A program made the position numbers and the translations under genes. From the NCBI GenBank assembly GCA_965531145.1, contig CBESOE010000007.1, positions 36 through 64,035 on the forward strand: a stretch of 64,000 nt of DNA, given 5' to 3'. Every line of letters begins with the position of its first letter. The first letter of the stretch is position 1. Below, piece by piece: positions 9,502 through 19,026 of this stretch. Source of the stretch: an uncultured bacterium. Lineage in GTDB: Bacteria > Acidobacteriota > JAQAZP01. The notes under the pieces were generated by a model, which did not search any database, had not been told where the DNA came from, and was given only the letters and a program-made list of their open reading frames with translations.

Positions 9502-11127
9502 TTGATTCAACATGGCAATTCTGCTAGCGTCTTTTTCATGGGTAACATCCAAGGGATAAGCGATTTTCTCTCCTGGCTCCTTGCTCGACGTCACGACCCG
9601 CCCGGCTGGGATCAGCTGGTCCAGGGATTCGTGGAACGGGCCGGGGCCTGTCTGGGCAACGGCCGGACCGTCTGCCTGCTGGATCAGCCTGCCCGGGGTG
9701 CGTTGCGCCTGGTGGGCCCGCAGGTGGCCACGGAGGAGGCGGGGAGGATTGTGCAGGCCTGGCAGGCCCTCGGACCCGGGCAGCGGGAAGCGGGGGTGGA
9801 GGGCTGGCAGCAGGTTTACCGTGGCGGGACCTTCACCGTGCTGCTCAAGGGGCAGGTGGATCCGGCGCAGGACGACGGGGCCGAGAGCTGGCTCCCCCTG
9901 GCCGGCCGGTCGCTGGAGGCCGTGGTGGAGGCTGTTTCCCTGGGTGAGACCATCGAGGCGGCACGGATGGAAGTCCGCGGCCTGCTCCAGGGCAAGGAGC
10001 GGGCCATGCAGAGCCAGAAACTCGAAGCGGTGGGGCAGCTGGTGGTGGGGTTGACCCACGAGATCAACAACAAGCTGGGCCCGATCCTGATTTACGCCCA
10101 GCTGGCCCAGATGGACGCCACCGATGAAAAGCTCGGCCACCAGCTGGAGGTGATCGAGTCGAATACCATGGCCATCAAGGAGATCATCGAGTCCCTGGCC
10201 AACTTCGCCCACCCCCAGCAACCCTCCATGAGCCGATTCTCGATCAACCAGTCGCTGTTCAACACGGTGAAGCTGCTCAAGTATCGCTTCGAAAGCGAGG
10301 GAGCCGACTTCCGCTTCGACCTCGACAAGGAGCTCCCGTCGGTGTATGCCGACCGGGGACAACTGGAACTGGTCATTCTCAACCTGGCCAGCAACGCCCT
10401 GGATGCCCTCAGGGACCGGCCGGACGCGGAAATGGTGGTGAGCAGCACGCTGGAACAGGGCCAGGTGGTGCTGCGGTTCAGCGACAACGGCCCCGGTGTT
10501 TCCGACGAGATGAAGGCCCGGCTGTTCGAGCCCTTCTTCTCCACCAAGGAACTGGGCCACGGCACCGGTCTGGGTCTGAGCTCGGCCTACGGGATCGTCC
10601 GGGCTCACGGCGGTGAGGTGCGGGTGGAAAACCGGGAGAGCGGGGTCGGGGTCACCTTCACCGTGGAACTGCCCATCGTCGCCAGACCCGGGGAGGATGG
10701 GGAAGCGGTGCGCCCGTCGCTGCAGCTGGATCCCGAAAGGACCTGCCGCATCCTGCTGGTGGACGATGACCAGCCGACCCTGAACATGATCCAGGCCATT
10801 TTCTCCGGGGTGCCCCAGCTGGAGTTCACCTCCGCTCCGGATGGGGTGATGGCCCGGCGGCTGCTGGAGGAGACCGGTTTCGACCTGGTGCTCTGCGACC
10901 TGAAGATGCCCCGTCTGGGCGGCCGCGATCTTTACCACCTGCTGCTGCAGCGCGACCCGGAGGCCGCCGGCCGGATCATCTTCATGACCGGGAACCAGAT
11001 CGGCCCGGACACCACCCGGTTTCTCCAGGAGACCGGAGTCTCCTGTCTCACCAAGCCATTTGGCGTGGAAGAGATTTCCAGCATGATCATCGCCGGCCTC
11101 GGCCTGAAGCGGGCAGGGGAGCCGTGA
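9502..11127 (+). CDS. Hybrid sensor histidine kinase with C-terminal receiver domain
   Basis: H-box LTHEINNKLGPI. N-box and G-boxes (LNLASNALDA; DNGPGV; GTGLGLS). Receiver ILLVDDD..DLVLCDLKMP. Overlaps the gatC start by 4 nt. Confidence 0.75.
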   Translation: MIQHGNSASVFFMGNIQGISDFLSWLLARRHDPPGWDQLVQGFVERAGACLGNGRTVCLLDQPARGALRLVGPQVATEEAGRIVQAWQALGPGQREAGVEGWQQVYRGGTFTVLLKGQVDPAQDDGAESWLPLAGRSLEAVVEAVSLGETIEAARMEVRGLLQGKERAMQSQKLEAVGQLVVGLTHEINNKLGPILIYAQLAQMDATDEKLGHQLEVIESNTMAIKEIIESLANFAHPQQPSMSRFSINQSLFNTVKLLKYRFESEGADFRFDLDKELPSVYADRGQLELVILNLASNALDALRDRPDAEMVVSSTLEQGQVVLRFSDNGPGVSDEMKARLFEPFFSTKELGHGTGLGLSSAYGIVRAHGGEVRVENRESGVGVTFTVELPIVARPGEDGEAVRPSLQLDPERTCRILLVDDDQPTLNMIQAIFSGVPQLEFTSAPDGVMARRLLEETGFDLVLCDLKMPRLGGRDLYHLLLQRDPEAAGRIIFMTGNQIGPDTTRFLQETGVSCLTKPFGVEEISSMIIAGLGLKRAGEP

Positions 11128-11408
11128 TGCCCATGGATCCGGAGACCTGTGACCCAGTGGAACTGGCCCGGCTGGCCCGGCTCGGTCTTGACGAAGAAGA
11201 GCGGGCTCTCTTCCAGGTGCAGTTGCGCCGGATGGTCGAGGCCTTTCAGCAGATTGGCGACCTGCCCACCGTCGGCGTCGAACCCTTTGCCCACCCCGCT
11301 GACCCGCTGCTGACCATCAGAGAAGATGAGCCGACCCCCGGGCAGGGCAGTGGCAGCCACCTCACCGTGCCCCGGCTCCCCGGGCCGCGGCCGGGAGGGA
11401 AGCGGTGA
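11124..11408 (+). CDS. gatC: Asp/Glu-tRNA(Asn/Gln) amidotransferase subunit C
   Basis: 94 aa. The LARLARLGLDEEE..F...L motif is characteristic of GatC. Lies immediately upstream of gatA with a 4-nt overlap. Confidence 0.8.
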   Translation: MMPMDPETCDPVELARLARLGLDEEERALFQVQLRRMVEAFQQIGDLPTVGVEPFAHPADPLLTIREDEPTPGQGSGSHLTVPRLPGPRPGGKR

Positions 11409-12889
11409 GCGAAGAACTTCACCGACTGGAGGCGGGGCAGGCCGGCGACCTTGTTCGTCGGCGCGACGTGTCGGCGGCCGAGCTGACCGCTGCGGTGATC
11501 TCGCGGATCGAGGAGACCGAGCCGGCGCTGTCAGCCTACACCGGGCTCTGTCTGGAGCGGGCCATGGACGATGCCCGCGCCGTTGACCGGGCCCTGGATC
11601 GCGGCGCAGACGCCGGCCCGCTGGCCGGGGTGCCCATGGCGGTGAAGGACAACATCTGCCTGGCCGGCCTCCCCACCACCTGCGGCTCCCGGCATCTGGC
11701 CGCATACCATCCGCCGGAGGACGCCACGGTGGTGCAGCGTTTGCGGCGGGCCGGTGCGGTGCTGCTGGGCAAGACCAACCTCGACGAGTTCGCCATGGGG
11801 TCGTCCACCGAGCACTCGGCCTTCGGCCCCACCCGCAGCCCCTGGGACCGGGACCGTGTGCCCGGCGGTTCCAGCGGCGGGTCCGCCGCGGCGGTGGCCG
11901 CGGGCAGCGCCCTGGGGGCCCTGGGTTCCGACACCGGCGGGTCGGTGCGGCAGCCCGCTGCCTTCTGCGGCGTGGTGGGGTTGCGGCCCACCTACGGCAC
12001 GGTGTCCCGTTACGGGCTGGTTTCCCTTGCCTCGTCACTGGACCAGGTGGGGCCCATTGCCCGCTCGGTGGCTGACTGCGCCCTGATCAACGGGGTGATC
12101 CGGGGGCGCGACCCCCGGGACAGCAGTTCGCTTGATCTGTCGGAGCACACTTCTCCGGAGGTGGACACCGGGGATCTCCAGGGGCTGCGGGTGGGCATTC
12201 CCCGGGATCCGGATACCCCGGGGCCGGACCCCGAGGTGAACCGCCTGTTTGGCGAGTCGCTGGATCTGCTCCGTTCCCTGGGCGCCGATCTGGAGGAACT
12301 GCACCTGCCGCACCGGCGATACGGGGTGGCGGTTTACGCCTTCAGTGCCGCGGCCGAGGCCGCATCGAACCTCGGACGTTTTGACGGGATACGGTTCGGT
12401 GAACGCCGCGGTGAGTCAGCGGGGCTGGAAGGCCTGTATGTGCAAACGCGGTCCCAGGGCTTTGGCCCCGAGGTCAAGCGGCGGATCCTGCTGGGGACCC
12501 ACGCCCTGCGGGCAGGCTATTACGAGGAGTGTTACCTCCAGGCGCAGAAGGTCCGCACGCTGATTCTCGACGACTACGCTCAGGCATTCCGGACGGTGGA
12601 CGTGATATGCTGTCCCACCACCATGACACCAGCCTTTTGTCTGGGAGAGAGAACGGAGAACCCGCTCGAGATGTACCAGAGCGATGTGAACACCGTCTGC
12701 AGCAGTCTGGCCGGATTGCCCGCCATTTCCATCCCGTGCGGTTTTTCCGACGGACGGTTGCCGGTGGGACTGCAGTTCACCGGCCCGGCCCACGGCGAAC
12801 ACCTTCTCTTCCGGGCGGCGCAGGCTTTCGAGAAACGGTCGGGGTTCCGCAATATGGCGGCGCCCGTTGCCGGGGGCGGTGAGGCGTAA
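11405..12889 (+). CDS. gatA: Asp/Glu-tRNA(Asn/Gln) amidotransferase subunit A (amidase signature family)
   Basis: Amidase signature GGSSGGSAAAVAAG...GSDTGGSVRQPA. Length 494 aa. Follows gatC. gatB is not in this window. Confidence 0.85.
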   Translation: MSEELHRLEAGQAGDLVRRRDVSAAELTAAVISRIEETEPALSAYTGLCLERAMDDARAVDRALDRGADAGPLAGVPMAVKDNICLAGLPTTCGSRHLAAYHPPEDATVVQRLRRAGAVLLGKTNLDEFAMGSSTEHSAFGPTRSPWDRDRVPGGSSGGSAAAVAAGSALGALGSDTGGSVRQPAAFCGVVGLRPTYGTVSRYGLVSLASSLDQVGPIARSVADCALINGVIRGRDPRDSSSLDLSEHTSPEVDTGDLQGLRVGIPRDPDTPGPDPEVNRLFGESLDLLRSLGADLEELHLPHRRYGVAVYAFSAAAEAASNLGRFDGIRFGERRGESAGLEGLYVQTRSQGFGPEVKRRILLGTHALRAGYYEECYLQAQKVRTLILDDYAQAFRTVDVICCPTTMTPAFCLGERTENPLEMYQSDVNTVCSSLAGLPAISIPCGFSDGRLPVGLQFTGPAHGEHLLFRAAQAFEKRSGFRNMAAPVAGGGEA

Positions 12890-14637
12890 TGAGCGGCAGG
12901 GAGCGGACAATCCGGGCGATGGTGCTGCTGGCCGTGCTGGCCTGCTTCCCCCTGTCTGCCCGAGCCGCCGAGGACTGCAGTCGCACAGTGGTCATCGCCG
13001 AAGGTATCCGCATCCGCGTGGAGCAGGGCAACCGGATCGAGCTGGAGGCCACGCCCGAACCGGGGGAGGGCTATTACCGGCTCACCGAACGGTTCACCGG
13101 CTCCCGGTCAGAGTGGGACCAGGTGCAACTGCTCAACGGAACGCGATCGCTGATCGAGGGTCGCTGGTACCGCATCCCCTTTGACCTCCTCTCACCGCCA
13201 TACCGTATGGCGGCGCTGCTGGCCTCCTTTCCCCACAACCGGGTGGAGGGCAACCAGTTCATCCACCGGGTGGTGTGCGGCCGGTCGGGGGATGCGGGGG
13301 AGAGTTTCAAGGTCATCGCCGACTGGTACACCGGTGATAAAGACCGGGGAGCGGAACTGGCCGGCCTGGTGGGTCAGGCGGAGTGGGATCTGCGGGTGGG
13401 CGAGGAGGTGGCCATCCCGGTGGAGTGGTTGCTGCCCCAGATGCGGGTCTGGGCCGAGGAGGAGTCGGCGCGGGACGTCCCGCTGGAATACGGCCGGGAC
13501 GATCAGGGTGAATATGCCCTCTACCGGCTGAAGCAGGGGGAAGCGCTCTACTCTGCGGTGGTGATCCGCTTCACCGGCCTGATGCTGGCCGACGAGGTCA
13601 ACGAACTGGCGGCGCTGATTGCCCGGCGCTCCGGGATCGAGGACGTGACCGACATCCCCACCGGCTACGGCATCCGCATCCCGGTGGAATACCTCTCCGA
13701 CGAACTGCTGCCCCCCGGCCATCCCGACCGGCTGGCCTACGAGCTGAACCGTTCCCTCTCCAGCGGGTTCGAGAAGGCGGGCCGCGGCCTGGGCCTGGAC
13801 GGGATCACGGTGATTCTCGACCCGGGCCATGGCGGCCGTGATCCGGGGGCCATCCACAACGGCGTGTGGGAGGACGAACACGTCTACGACATCGCCTGCC
13901 GGATCAAGAAGGTGATCGAGACCCGCAGCTCCGGCCGGGTGATCATGACGGTCAAGGACCGCAGCAACGGCTACGCGCCTTCTGACCGCACTCCGCTGGT
14001 TCGTGACCAGGACGAGGAGGTGACGGTGAGCCCGGCCTACCGGCTCACCGAATCGGGGGCCACCCGGGAGGGGGTCAACCTGCGCTGGGCGCTGGCCAAC
14101 TACCACTACAAGGAACTGGTGTCCCGGGGCGCCGACGAGCACAGCGTGGTCTTCACCAGCCTCCACGCCGATGCCCTGCACCCCGCACTCAGCGGGACCA
14201 TGATTTACATCCTCGGGGCGCGCTATGGCAGTTCGCGGGTCTCGCTCTCCGGCTCGACCTATCACAAGCGCACCGAGGTGCGTGCCTATCCCACAATCGA
14301 CTACTACAAGTCGGACCGCTCGCGCAGCGAGGGCCTCTCCCGCGGTCTGGCCGAGGAGATTCTGGCCAGCTTCCGCCGCAACGACCTCCCGGTCCATGGC
14401 TACAAGCCGATCCGCAACCACCTGGTCCGCCGGCGGCGGTCCTACGCTCCGGCGGTGCTGCGCAACAACATCATCCCGCTGAAGATGCTGGTCGAGGTCT
14501 GCAACCTGCGCAACGAGCACGACAGCCGGCGGATGGTGGACCCGGCTTACCGCCAGGCGGTGGCCGAGGCCTACGTGGAAGCGCTGAGCAGTTACTTCGA
14601 TGGCAAGAACGGCAAGGGCAACGGGAGGGCCTCATGA
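12889..14637 (+). CDS. N-acetylmuramoyl-L-alanine amidase (Amidase_3) with N-terminal targeting/binding domains
   Basis: Signal peptide. Central zinc-amidase motif ILDPGHGGRDPGAIHNG...E. C-terminal Amidase_3-like region (VVFTSLHADAL; LVEVCNLRNEHD). Confidence 0.7.
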   Translation: MSGRERTIRAMVLLAVLACFPLSARAAEDCSRTVVIAEGIRIRVEQGNRIELEATPEPGEGYYRLTERFTGSRSEWDQVQLLNGTRSLIEGRWYRIPFDLLSPPYRMAALLASFPHNRVEGNQFIHRVVCGRSGDAGESFKVIADWYTGDKDRGAELAGLVGQAEWDLRVGEEVAIPVEWLLPQMRVWAEEESARDVPLEYGRDDQGEYALYRLKQGEALYSAVVIRFTGLMLADEVNELAALIARRSGIEDVTDIPTGYGIRIPVEYLSDELLPPGHPDRLAYELNRSLSSGFEKAGRGLGLDGITVILDPGHGGRDPGAIHNGVWEDEHVYDIACRIKKVIETRSSGRVIMTVKDRSNGYAPSDRTPLVRDQDEEVTVSPAYRLTESGATREGVNLRWALANYHYKELVSRGADEHSVVFTSLHADALHPALSGTMIYILGARYGSSRVSLSGSTYHKRTEVRAYPTIDYYKSDRSRSEGLSRGLAEEILASFRRNDLPVHGYKPIRNHLVRRRRSYAPAVLRNNIIPLKMLVEVCNLRNEHDSRRMVDPAYRQAVAEAYVEALSSYFDGKNGKGNGRAS

Positions 14638-15311
14638 CCGTGGAGCGGCCCGAGGTCAGCCTGATCATTCCGGCGAACAACGAGGCGGAAACCCTGGCCG
14701 CGGTGGTGGCCGGGGCCCTGCCCCTGGTGGACCGGGTGCTGGTGGTGGACGACGGTTCCGACGACGACACCTCAGCCGTGGCCCGCGCTGCCGGCGCCGA
14801 GCTGCTGGCCCATCCGCGGCGGCTGGGCAAGGGGACGGCCCTGCGCAGCGGACTGGACGCTCTGCTGCCGGAGGTCTCCGGCTACCTGCTGTTCATGGAC
14901 GGCGACGGCCAGCACGATCCGGCGGACATCCCGGCCATGCTCGCCCGGCTGGATGACCGGCCGCAGCCCGACGTGGTGCTGGGCTGTCGGCTGCGGCCGG
15001 AAACCCGGGACGATATCCCCCGGTTGCGGTACACCACCAACCTCTTCGGCAAATTCGTCCTCTCCCGGGTCACCGGCCTCGATGTGGGTGACAGCCAGAC
15101 CGGATTCCGCTTGATCCGGGTGGACCGCCTGCGGGAGATCGAACTGGATTCCACCGGCTTCGAGATCGAGACCGAGATCCTGCTCAAGCTCAGTGCCCGC
15201 AACATTCACCTGGTCAACGTGCCGGTGTCGATCCAGTACCACCCCGGTCGCAGCCACTACCGCACCGTGCCCGACACCTACCGGGTCTGTATGGCCACCC
15301 TGCGGTATTGA
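14634..15311 (+). CDS. Glycosyltransferase family 2 (Dpm1/polyprenyl-phosphate sugar transferase-like)
   Basis: VSLIIPANNEAETL...VVDDGSDDDT...DGDGQHDP. These are the GT-A DxD/DXDD signatures. Confidence 0.75.
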   Translation: MTVERPEVSLIIPANNEAETLAAVVAGALPLVDRVLVVDDGSDDDTSAVARAAGAELLAHPRRLGKGTALRSGLDALLPEVSGYLLFMDGDGQHDPADIPAMLARLDDRPQPDVVLGCRLRPETRDDIPRLRYTTNLFGKFVLSRVTGLDVGDSQTGFRLIRVDRLREIELDSTGFEIETEILLKLSARNIHLVNVPVSIQYHPGRSHYRTVPDTYRVCMATLRY

Positions 15312-15324
15312 TGGGTGACAGCGA

Positions 15325-15996
15325 ATGAACCAGCCCATCATCTCCCTGCAGCAGGTCTCGCGTGAATACCGCGAAATGCGGGTCACTGCTCTGGCGGGCC
15401 TGTCCCTCGACATCCATCGCCGGGAATACGTGGCCGTCCAGGGCCCCAGCGGCAGCGGCAAGTCCACCCTGCTGCACCTGATGTGCGGGTTGGACCGGCC
15501 CAGCAGCGGACGCGTTCTTTTTGAGGGCGTGGAGCCATGTTCCGCCGGCGAATGGACCAGGCTTCGCGCTGGCCGCATCGGTATTGTCTTCCAGGCCTTC
15601 CACCTCATTTTCTCCCTGACGGCAAGGGAGAATGTGGAGCTTCCCATGATCGGTGTGATCAGGGATTCCGCCGAGAGGCGGCGGCGTACCGCTGATGTGC
15701 TCGGACGCGTCGGGCTGGCGAAACGCGGGCACCACCGGGTCAACGAACTCTCCGGGGGTGAGCGGCAACGGGTGGCCATCGCCCGGAGCCTCGCCAATTC
15801 TCCGGACGTGATTCTTGCCGATGAACCCACAGGAAATCTCGACTCGCAGTCATCGGCGGTGGTGCTCGATCTGCTGCTCGATATCCACCGCAGCGAGCAG
15901 GCCACCCTTGTGGTGGTGACCCATGATGCGGACGTTTCCCGGCAGGCGAGCCGGGTGCTCCACATTCTCGACGGGCGGCTTCAATCAGCCGGGTAA
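15325..15996 (+). CDS. ABC transporter ATP-binding protein (LolD/MacB-type)
   Basis: Walker [13 protein letters not shown] signature LSGGERQRVAIAR. Walker B ILADEPTGNLD. Confidence 0.85.
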   Translation: MNQPIISLQQVSREYREMRVTALAGLSLDIHRREYVAVQGPSGSGKSTLLHLMCGLDRPSSGRVLFEGVEPCSAGEWTRLRAGRIGIVFQAFHLIFSLTARENVELPMIGVIRDSAERRRRTADVLGRVGLAKRGHHRVNELSGGERQRVAIARSLANSPDVILADEPTGNLDSQSSAVVLDLLLDIHRSEQATLVVVTHDADVSRQASRVLHILDGRLQSAG

Positions 15997-16014
15997 CGGA
16001 GGGCTTTTCCGCAC

Positions 16015-17136
16015 ATGCGCTTTCTGACAATGCCGATCCGCAACCTGCGGCGCCATCCGGCGCGTACCTACCTCACCTGCGCGATTATCGCGGCCGCGGT
16101 GGCCAGCTTCATCGCCCTGGTGGGCATTTCCCGCGGCCTGGAGCGCGCCTGGATCACCTCTCTGGAGGAGAAAGGCACCCACATCCTGGCGGTGCGCAAG
16201 GGGGCCATCGAGATTCTGACGGCTTCCATTGACGAAGCAGTTGCCGACACCCTGCGAAGCATCGACGGTGTTGCCGGGGTTTCGGGTGAGCTCCTGGACC
16301 TGGTGGAGCTGGAAACCGGCGATGTGGCGCTGCTCAGCGGCTGGCCCTCCGGCAGCTACTTCTGGCAATCACTCCATATCCTCGAAGGGAAACTCCCCGA
16401 TCCGGACGATGCGCGCGACGCCATTGTGGGGCAAACCCTGGCCGCGCAATTGGGCTGCAGCGTGAACGACACGATTCTGCTCCAGGGCCGGGAGTTTCGC
16501 ATCTGCGGGATTTCCCGTCATTCCAGTGTCATCTCCAACGGCAGCATCGTTCTCCCCCTGCCGGCCATGCAGGAGCTCATGGAGCGCACCGGCAAGGTGA
16601 CCAGCTTTAACATACGTGTGGACCACCCCGGCAACATGGCAGCGGTTTCCACGATCCGCGGCCGTCTCGCCGCCGCCTGTCCGGAACTCAGCTTCAACGA
16701 GACAGGGGAAATCGCGGAAAACAACCATGTGCTGCGTCTGCTGCGCGCCACCGCCTGGAGCACCTCATTCGTGGCGCTGGCCATGGCCCTCATCGTGGTG
16801 GTGAACACGCTGCTGATGACCATCACCGAAAGGACCTATGAGATCGGTGTGCTTTCGGCAGTGGGGTGGCGCTCCACCCGGATCATGGCCATGGTGGTCC
16901 TGGAAGGTTTGCTGATGGCGGCGCTGGGAACGCTCTGCGGGGCGCTGCTGGGGATCGGGACCCTGCACTGGCTGGTGGCGCGCCCGGAAGTTTACGGCCT
17001 GCTGGAACCGCGGGTCACCCCGGCGATGATTGTCGAAATCGCTGCCGCCGCGCTGCTGCTCGGTTTCCTCGGCAGTATCTATCCGGCCTGGCGTGCCGTA
17101 CGCCTCAATCCCGTGGAGGCCCTGAGGCGCGACTAG
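16015..17136 (+). CDS. ABC transporter permease, FtsX/MacB/LolE family (4-TM with periplasmic domain)
   Basis: N-terminal TM helix, a large periplasmic domain, then three C-terminal TM helices with an FtsX-type signature (LAMALIVVVNTLLMTITERTYEIGVL). Confidence 0.8.
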   Translation: MRFLTMPIRNLRRHPARTYLTCAIIAAAVASFIALVGISRGLERAWITSLEEKGTHILAVRKGAIEILTASIDEAVADTLRSIDGVAGVSGELLDLVELETGDVALLSGWPSGSYFWQSLHILEGKLPDPDDARDAIVGQTLAAQLGCSVNDTILLQGREFRICGISRHSSVISNGSIVLPLPAMQELMERTGKVTSFNIRVDHPGNMAAVSTIRGRLAAACPELSFNETGEIAENNHVLRLLRATAWSTSFVALAMALIVVVNTLLMTITERTYEIGVLSAVGWRSTRIMAMVVLEGLLMAALGTLCGALLGIGTLHWLVARPEVYGLLEPRVTPAMIVEIAAAALLLGFLGSIYPAWRAVRLNPVEALRRD

Positions 17137-18055
17137 ACCGGCGGAAGAACAGGCGCGGCAGGCCGGGCACCATGGAGATTCCGCAGCGGAAGGCGGTCTG
17201 GCCGATGTTGAACTTCCACCCGCCGCCGAGATCTCCGGAATCGTAGAAGCGCAGCGAGTCCTTCAAGTGGATCTCCCAGGCCTGCAGCAGCAGCCCGGGG
17301 ATTGTTCCCTCATGCCGTGGAAGCCTCCGGAGCGCATCATCGATGAGGTTCCGGTCGGTCTTCCGGATCAGCTTGAGCGATGCCAGGGTGGCCTGCCCGA
17401 GTTCGACATCCTCCTCCCGGTCATAGATGTCGTCGGCGATTTGTGAGGCGGCGCCGAAATCGTAGGCGGCCTGGCAGAGATCGGAACTCAGTTCGGGGTC
17501 CTCGCTGATGGAAAACAGGGCGAAGGATAGCCCTCCCTTGTCATAGGTCGAGGCCCGCAGCCGGTCTTCATCCACAGTTTCAACGGTGGCCTGCCGGAAA
17601 CAGTCCATGGTTGCCGTGCTGATCCCCTTGAACAGAGGCAGTGCCCTGGCCCAGCATCCGGGATTGAGCCGGCGGAAGACGTTCAGGGAATTCCTGGCGG
17701 CGCCGATGGCGTCTGGCCAGCCGTTGCGATCGGCCTCCCACGGGCCGGTATCCAGTACCCTGTCCAGGCGGGGCCAATCCCGGAAATGTTCCTCGTCCAC
17801 GGCATTGTCGTAGGCCGCAGCGATACAGGCCAGCAGGAACGCTGTCTCATAGTCCCGGCCCGGGCGGCCATACAGCACCTGGTGCCACGATTCGATTCCC
17901 ATCAGGTTGCCGATGACCTTGTTGCGGATCGCCGGGCGGGAAAAATAGCTGATCCCGCCATTGGCACCCAGAAGCGATTTCAGGAAATGCCGGTAATGGG
18001 ATTTGTGAAAGAGGATCCTCGAGAGCACGTACTTTGCAATGGGCAGTCGGGTCAT
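17105..18055 (-). CDS. Squalene/phytoene synthase-like (head-to-head isoprenoid synthase fold) protein
   Basis: GAASQIADDIYDREEDVELGQ resembles the second Asp-rich motif of squalene/phytoene synthases (G.A.Q..NI.RD..ED...GR). An upstream ETVDED is first-motif-like. The match is divergent. Confidence 0.4.
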   Translation of the reverse strand: MTRLPIAKYVLSRILFHKSHYRHFLKSLLGANGGISYFSRPAIRNKVIGNLMGIESWHQVLYGRPGRDYETAFLLACIAAAYDNAVDEEHFRDWPRLDRVLDTGPWEADRNGWPDAIGAARNSLNVFRRLNPGCWARALPLFKGISTATMDCFRQATVETVDEDRLRASTYDKGGLSFALFSISEDPELSSDLCQAAYDFGAASQIADDIYDREEDVELGQATLASLKLIRKTDRNLIDDALRRLPRHEGTIPGLLLQAWEIHLKDSLRFYDSGDLGGGWKFNIGQTAFRCGISMVPGLPRLFFRRSSRASGPPRD

Positions 18056-18074
18056 GTGGAACCGGTGAGTAGAC

Positions 18075-18875
18075 TCAGTTTCGTGAGAGGCCTTTGCCTG
18101 CTTCCTTCAGATTCGCCGAGGCCGTCAGGTCCCGGGGGCTGAAATTCCCCCTCGCCGGAACGGCAGCGGGACTGTCGCTGTGGAGCTTGAACCCCAGGAT
18201 GTAGCCCATGGCGCAGGGGTGGACAGCCCCGTAGAGGAATGCCCACGCCAACTCTTCCAACGGGACGCCGAAGCCGTGGTAACCGGTCAGGTTCTGGATG
18301 TTCCATTGCTGCAGCCAGTGGGGCCACAGGGTAAATCCAGCTTTTATCAGAATAAAATAGGCCAGCGAAAAGCTGATGGCCCCGACGGCCGAAGCGGGCC
18401 AGATGTCCTTCATGGGTTTCTTCAGCACCAGTGCGATGCCCAGCATGCCGAACAGTGCCGCCGCCATGACCGGCATCCCCATCTGGCGAAGAACCAGCAG
18501 GCCGGCGAGAAAAGGCAGGAAGACCAGTGCATACCGTCTCATCATCGACGGCAGGTTGATGGTCCAACTGTAAGACCCCCGGAAGGGGGCATAGGCCAGG
18601 GTGCAGGCGATGATCCCCACTGAAAAAGAAAACAGAATGTCTTCCACACCGATGATGAAGGTGCTGAGCCTCACCGGATGCCAGTAGTCCGGAACAAAGA
18701 AGATTTCCAGCACCGCCGCCGGGGCGGCCAGCACTCCGCAGAGCAGGGTGGGCTTGCGATGGTTGTCGACCAGGACCAGGCAGGTGAGGGCCGCACAAAA
18801 CAGCATCAGGCTGAAAAATAAATAGGGGTAAGTCTGCAGGAAATTCACAAACAGGTCTTTCGCAGAGGCAACCAC
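18075..18875 (-). CDS. Lycopene cyclase domain-containing membrane protein (CrtYcd-like, two repeats)
   Basis: Polytopic membrane protein with two copies of the h-P-x-E-E-h motif (GVEDILFSF; GVPLEELAWAF), typical of heterodimeric-type lycopene cyclase domains. Confidence 0.4.
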   Translation of the reverse strand: MVASAKDLFVNFLQTYPYLFFSLMLFCAALTCLVLVDNHRKPTLLCGVLAAPAAVLEIFFVPDYWHPVRLSTFIIGVEDILFSFSVGIIACTLAYAPFRGSYSWTINLPSMMRRYALVFLPFLAGLLVLRQMGMPVMAAALFGMLGIALVLKKPMKDIWPASAVGAISFSLAYFILIKAGFTLWPHWLQQWNIQNLTGYHGFGVPLEELAWAFLYGAVHPCAMGYILGFKLHSDSPAAVPARGNFSPRDLTASANLKEAGKGLSRN

Positions 18876-19026
18876 CGAGGTCTATCAGGATGTGGTACCA
18901 TAAAATACGTTCGCGCCCGCTTCCGGGGCCCCGCTTCCGGGGCCCGGCAAATCATTCTAGCCGATGGGGTGACGGGGTCGCAACAAAACGCGGTTCCCGA
19001 CTATCGTGCGGCTACCGAGGGAGGGA

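Noticed and set aside
2734-14520. Many long antisense or alternate-frame ORFs (e.g. 2734-4080+, 4736-6913+, 7286-8656-, 9484-10938-, 10932-12038-, 13192-14520-). Similar ones lie further on (14772-15965-, 19012-19809-, 21922-23361-, 27513-29237-, 38326-39573-, 39655-40701-, 42486-43784-, 48148-49785-)
   Set aside because: Their composition is Arg/Pro/Gly/Ala-rich with no motifs. Each lies opposite or out of frame to a gene with clear family signatures. This is the expected stop-codon depletion in 65% GC DNA.
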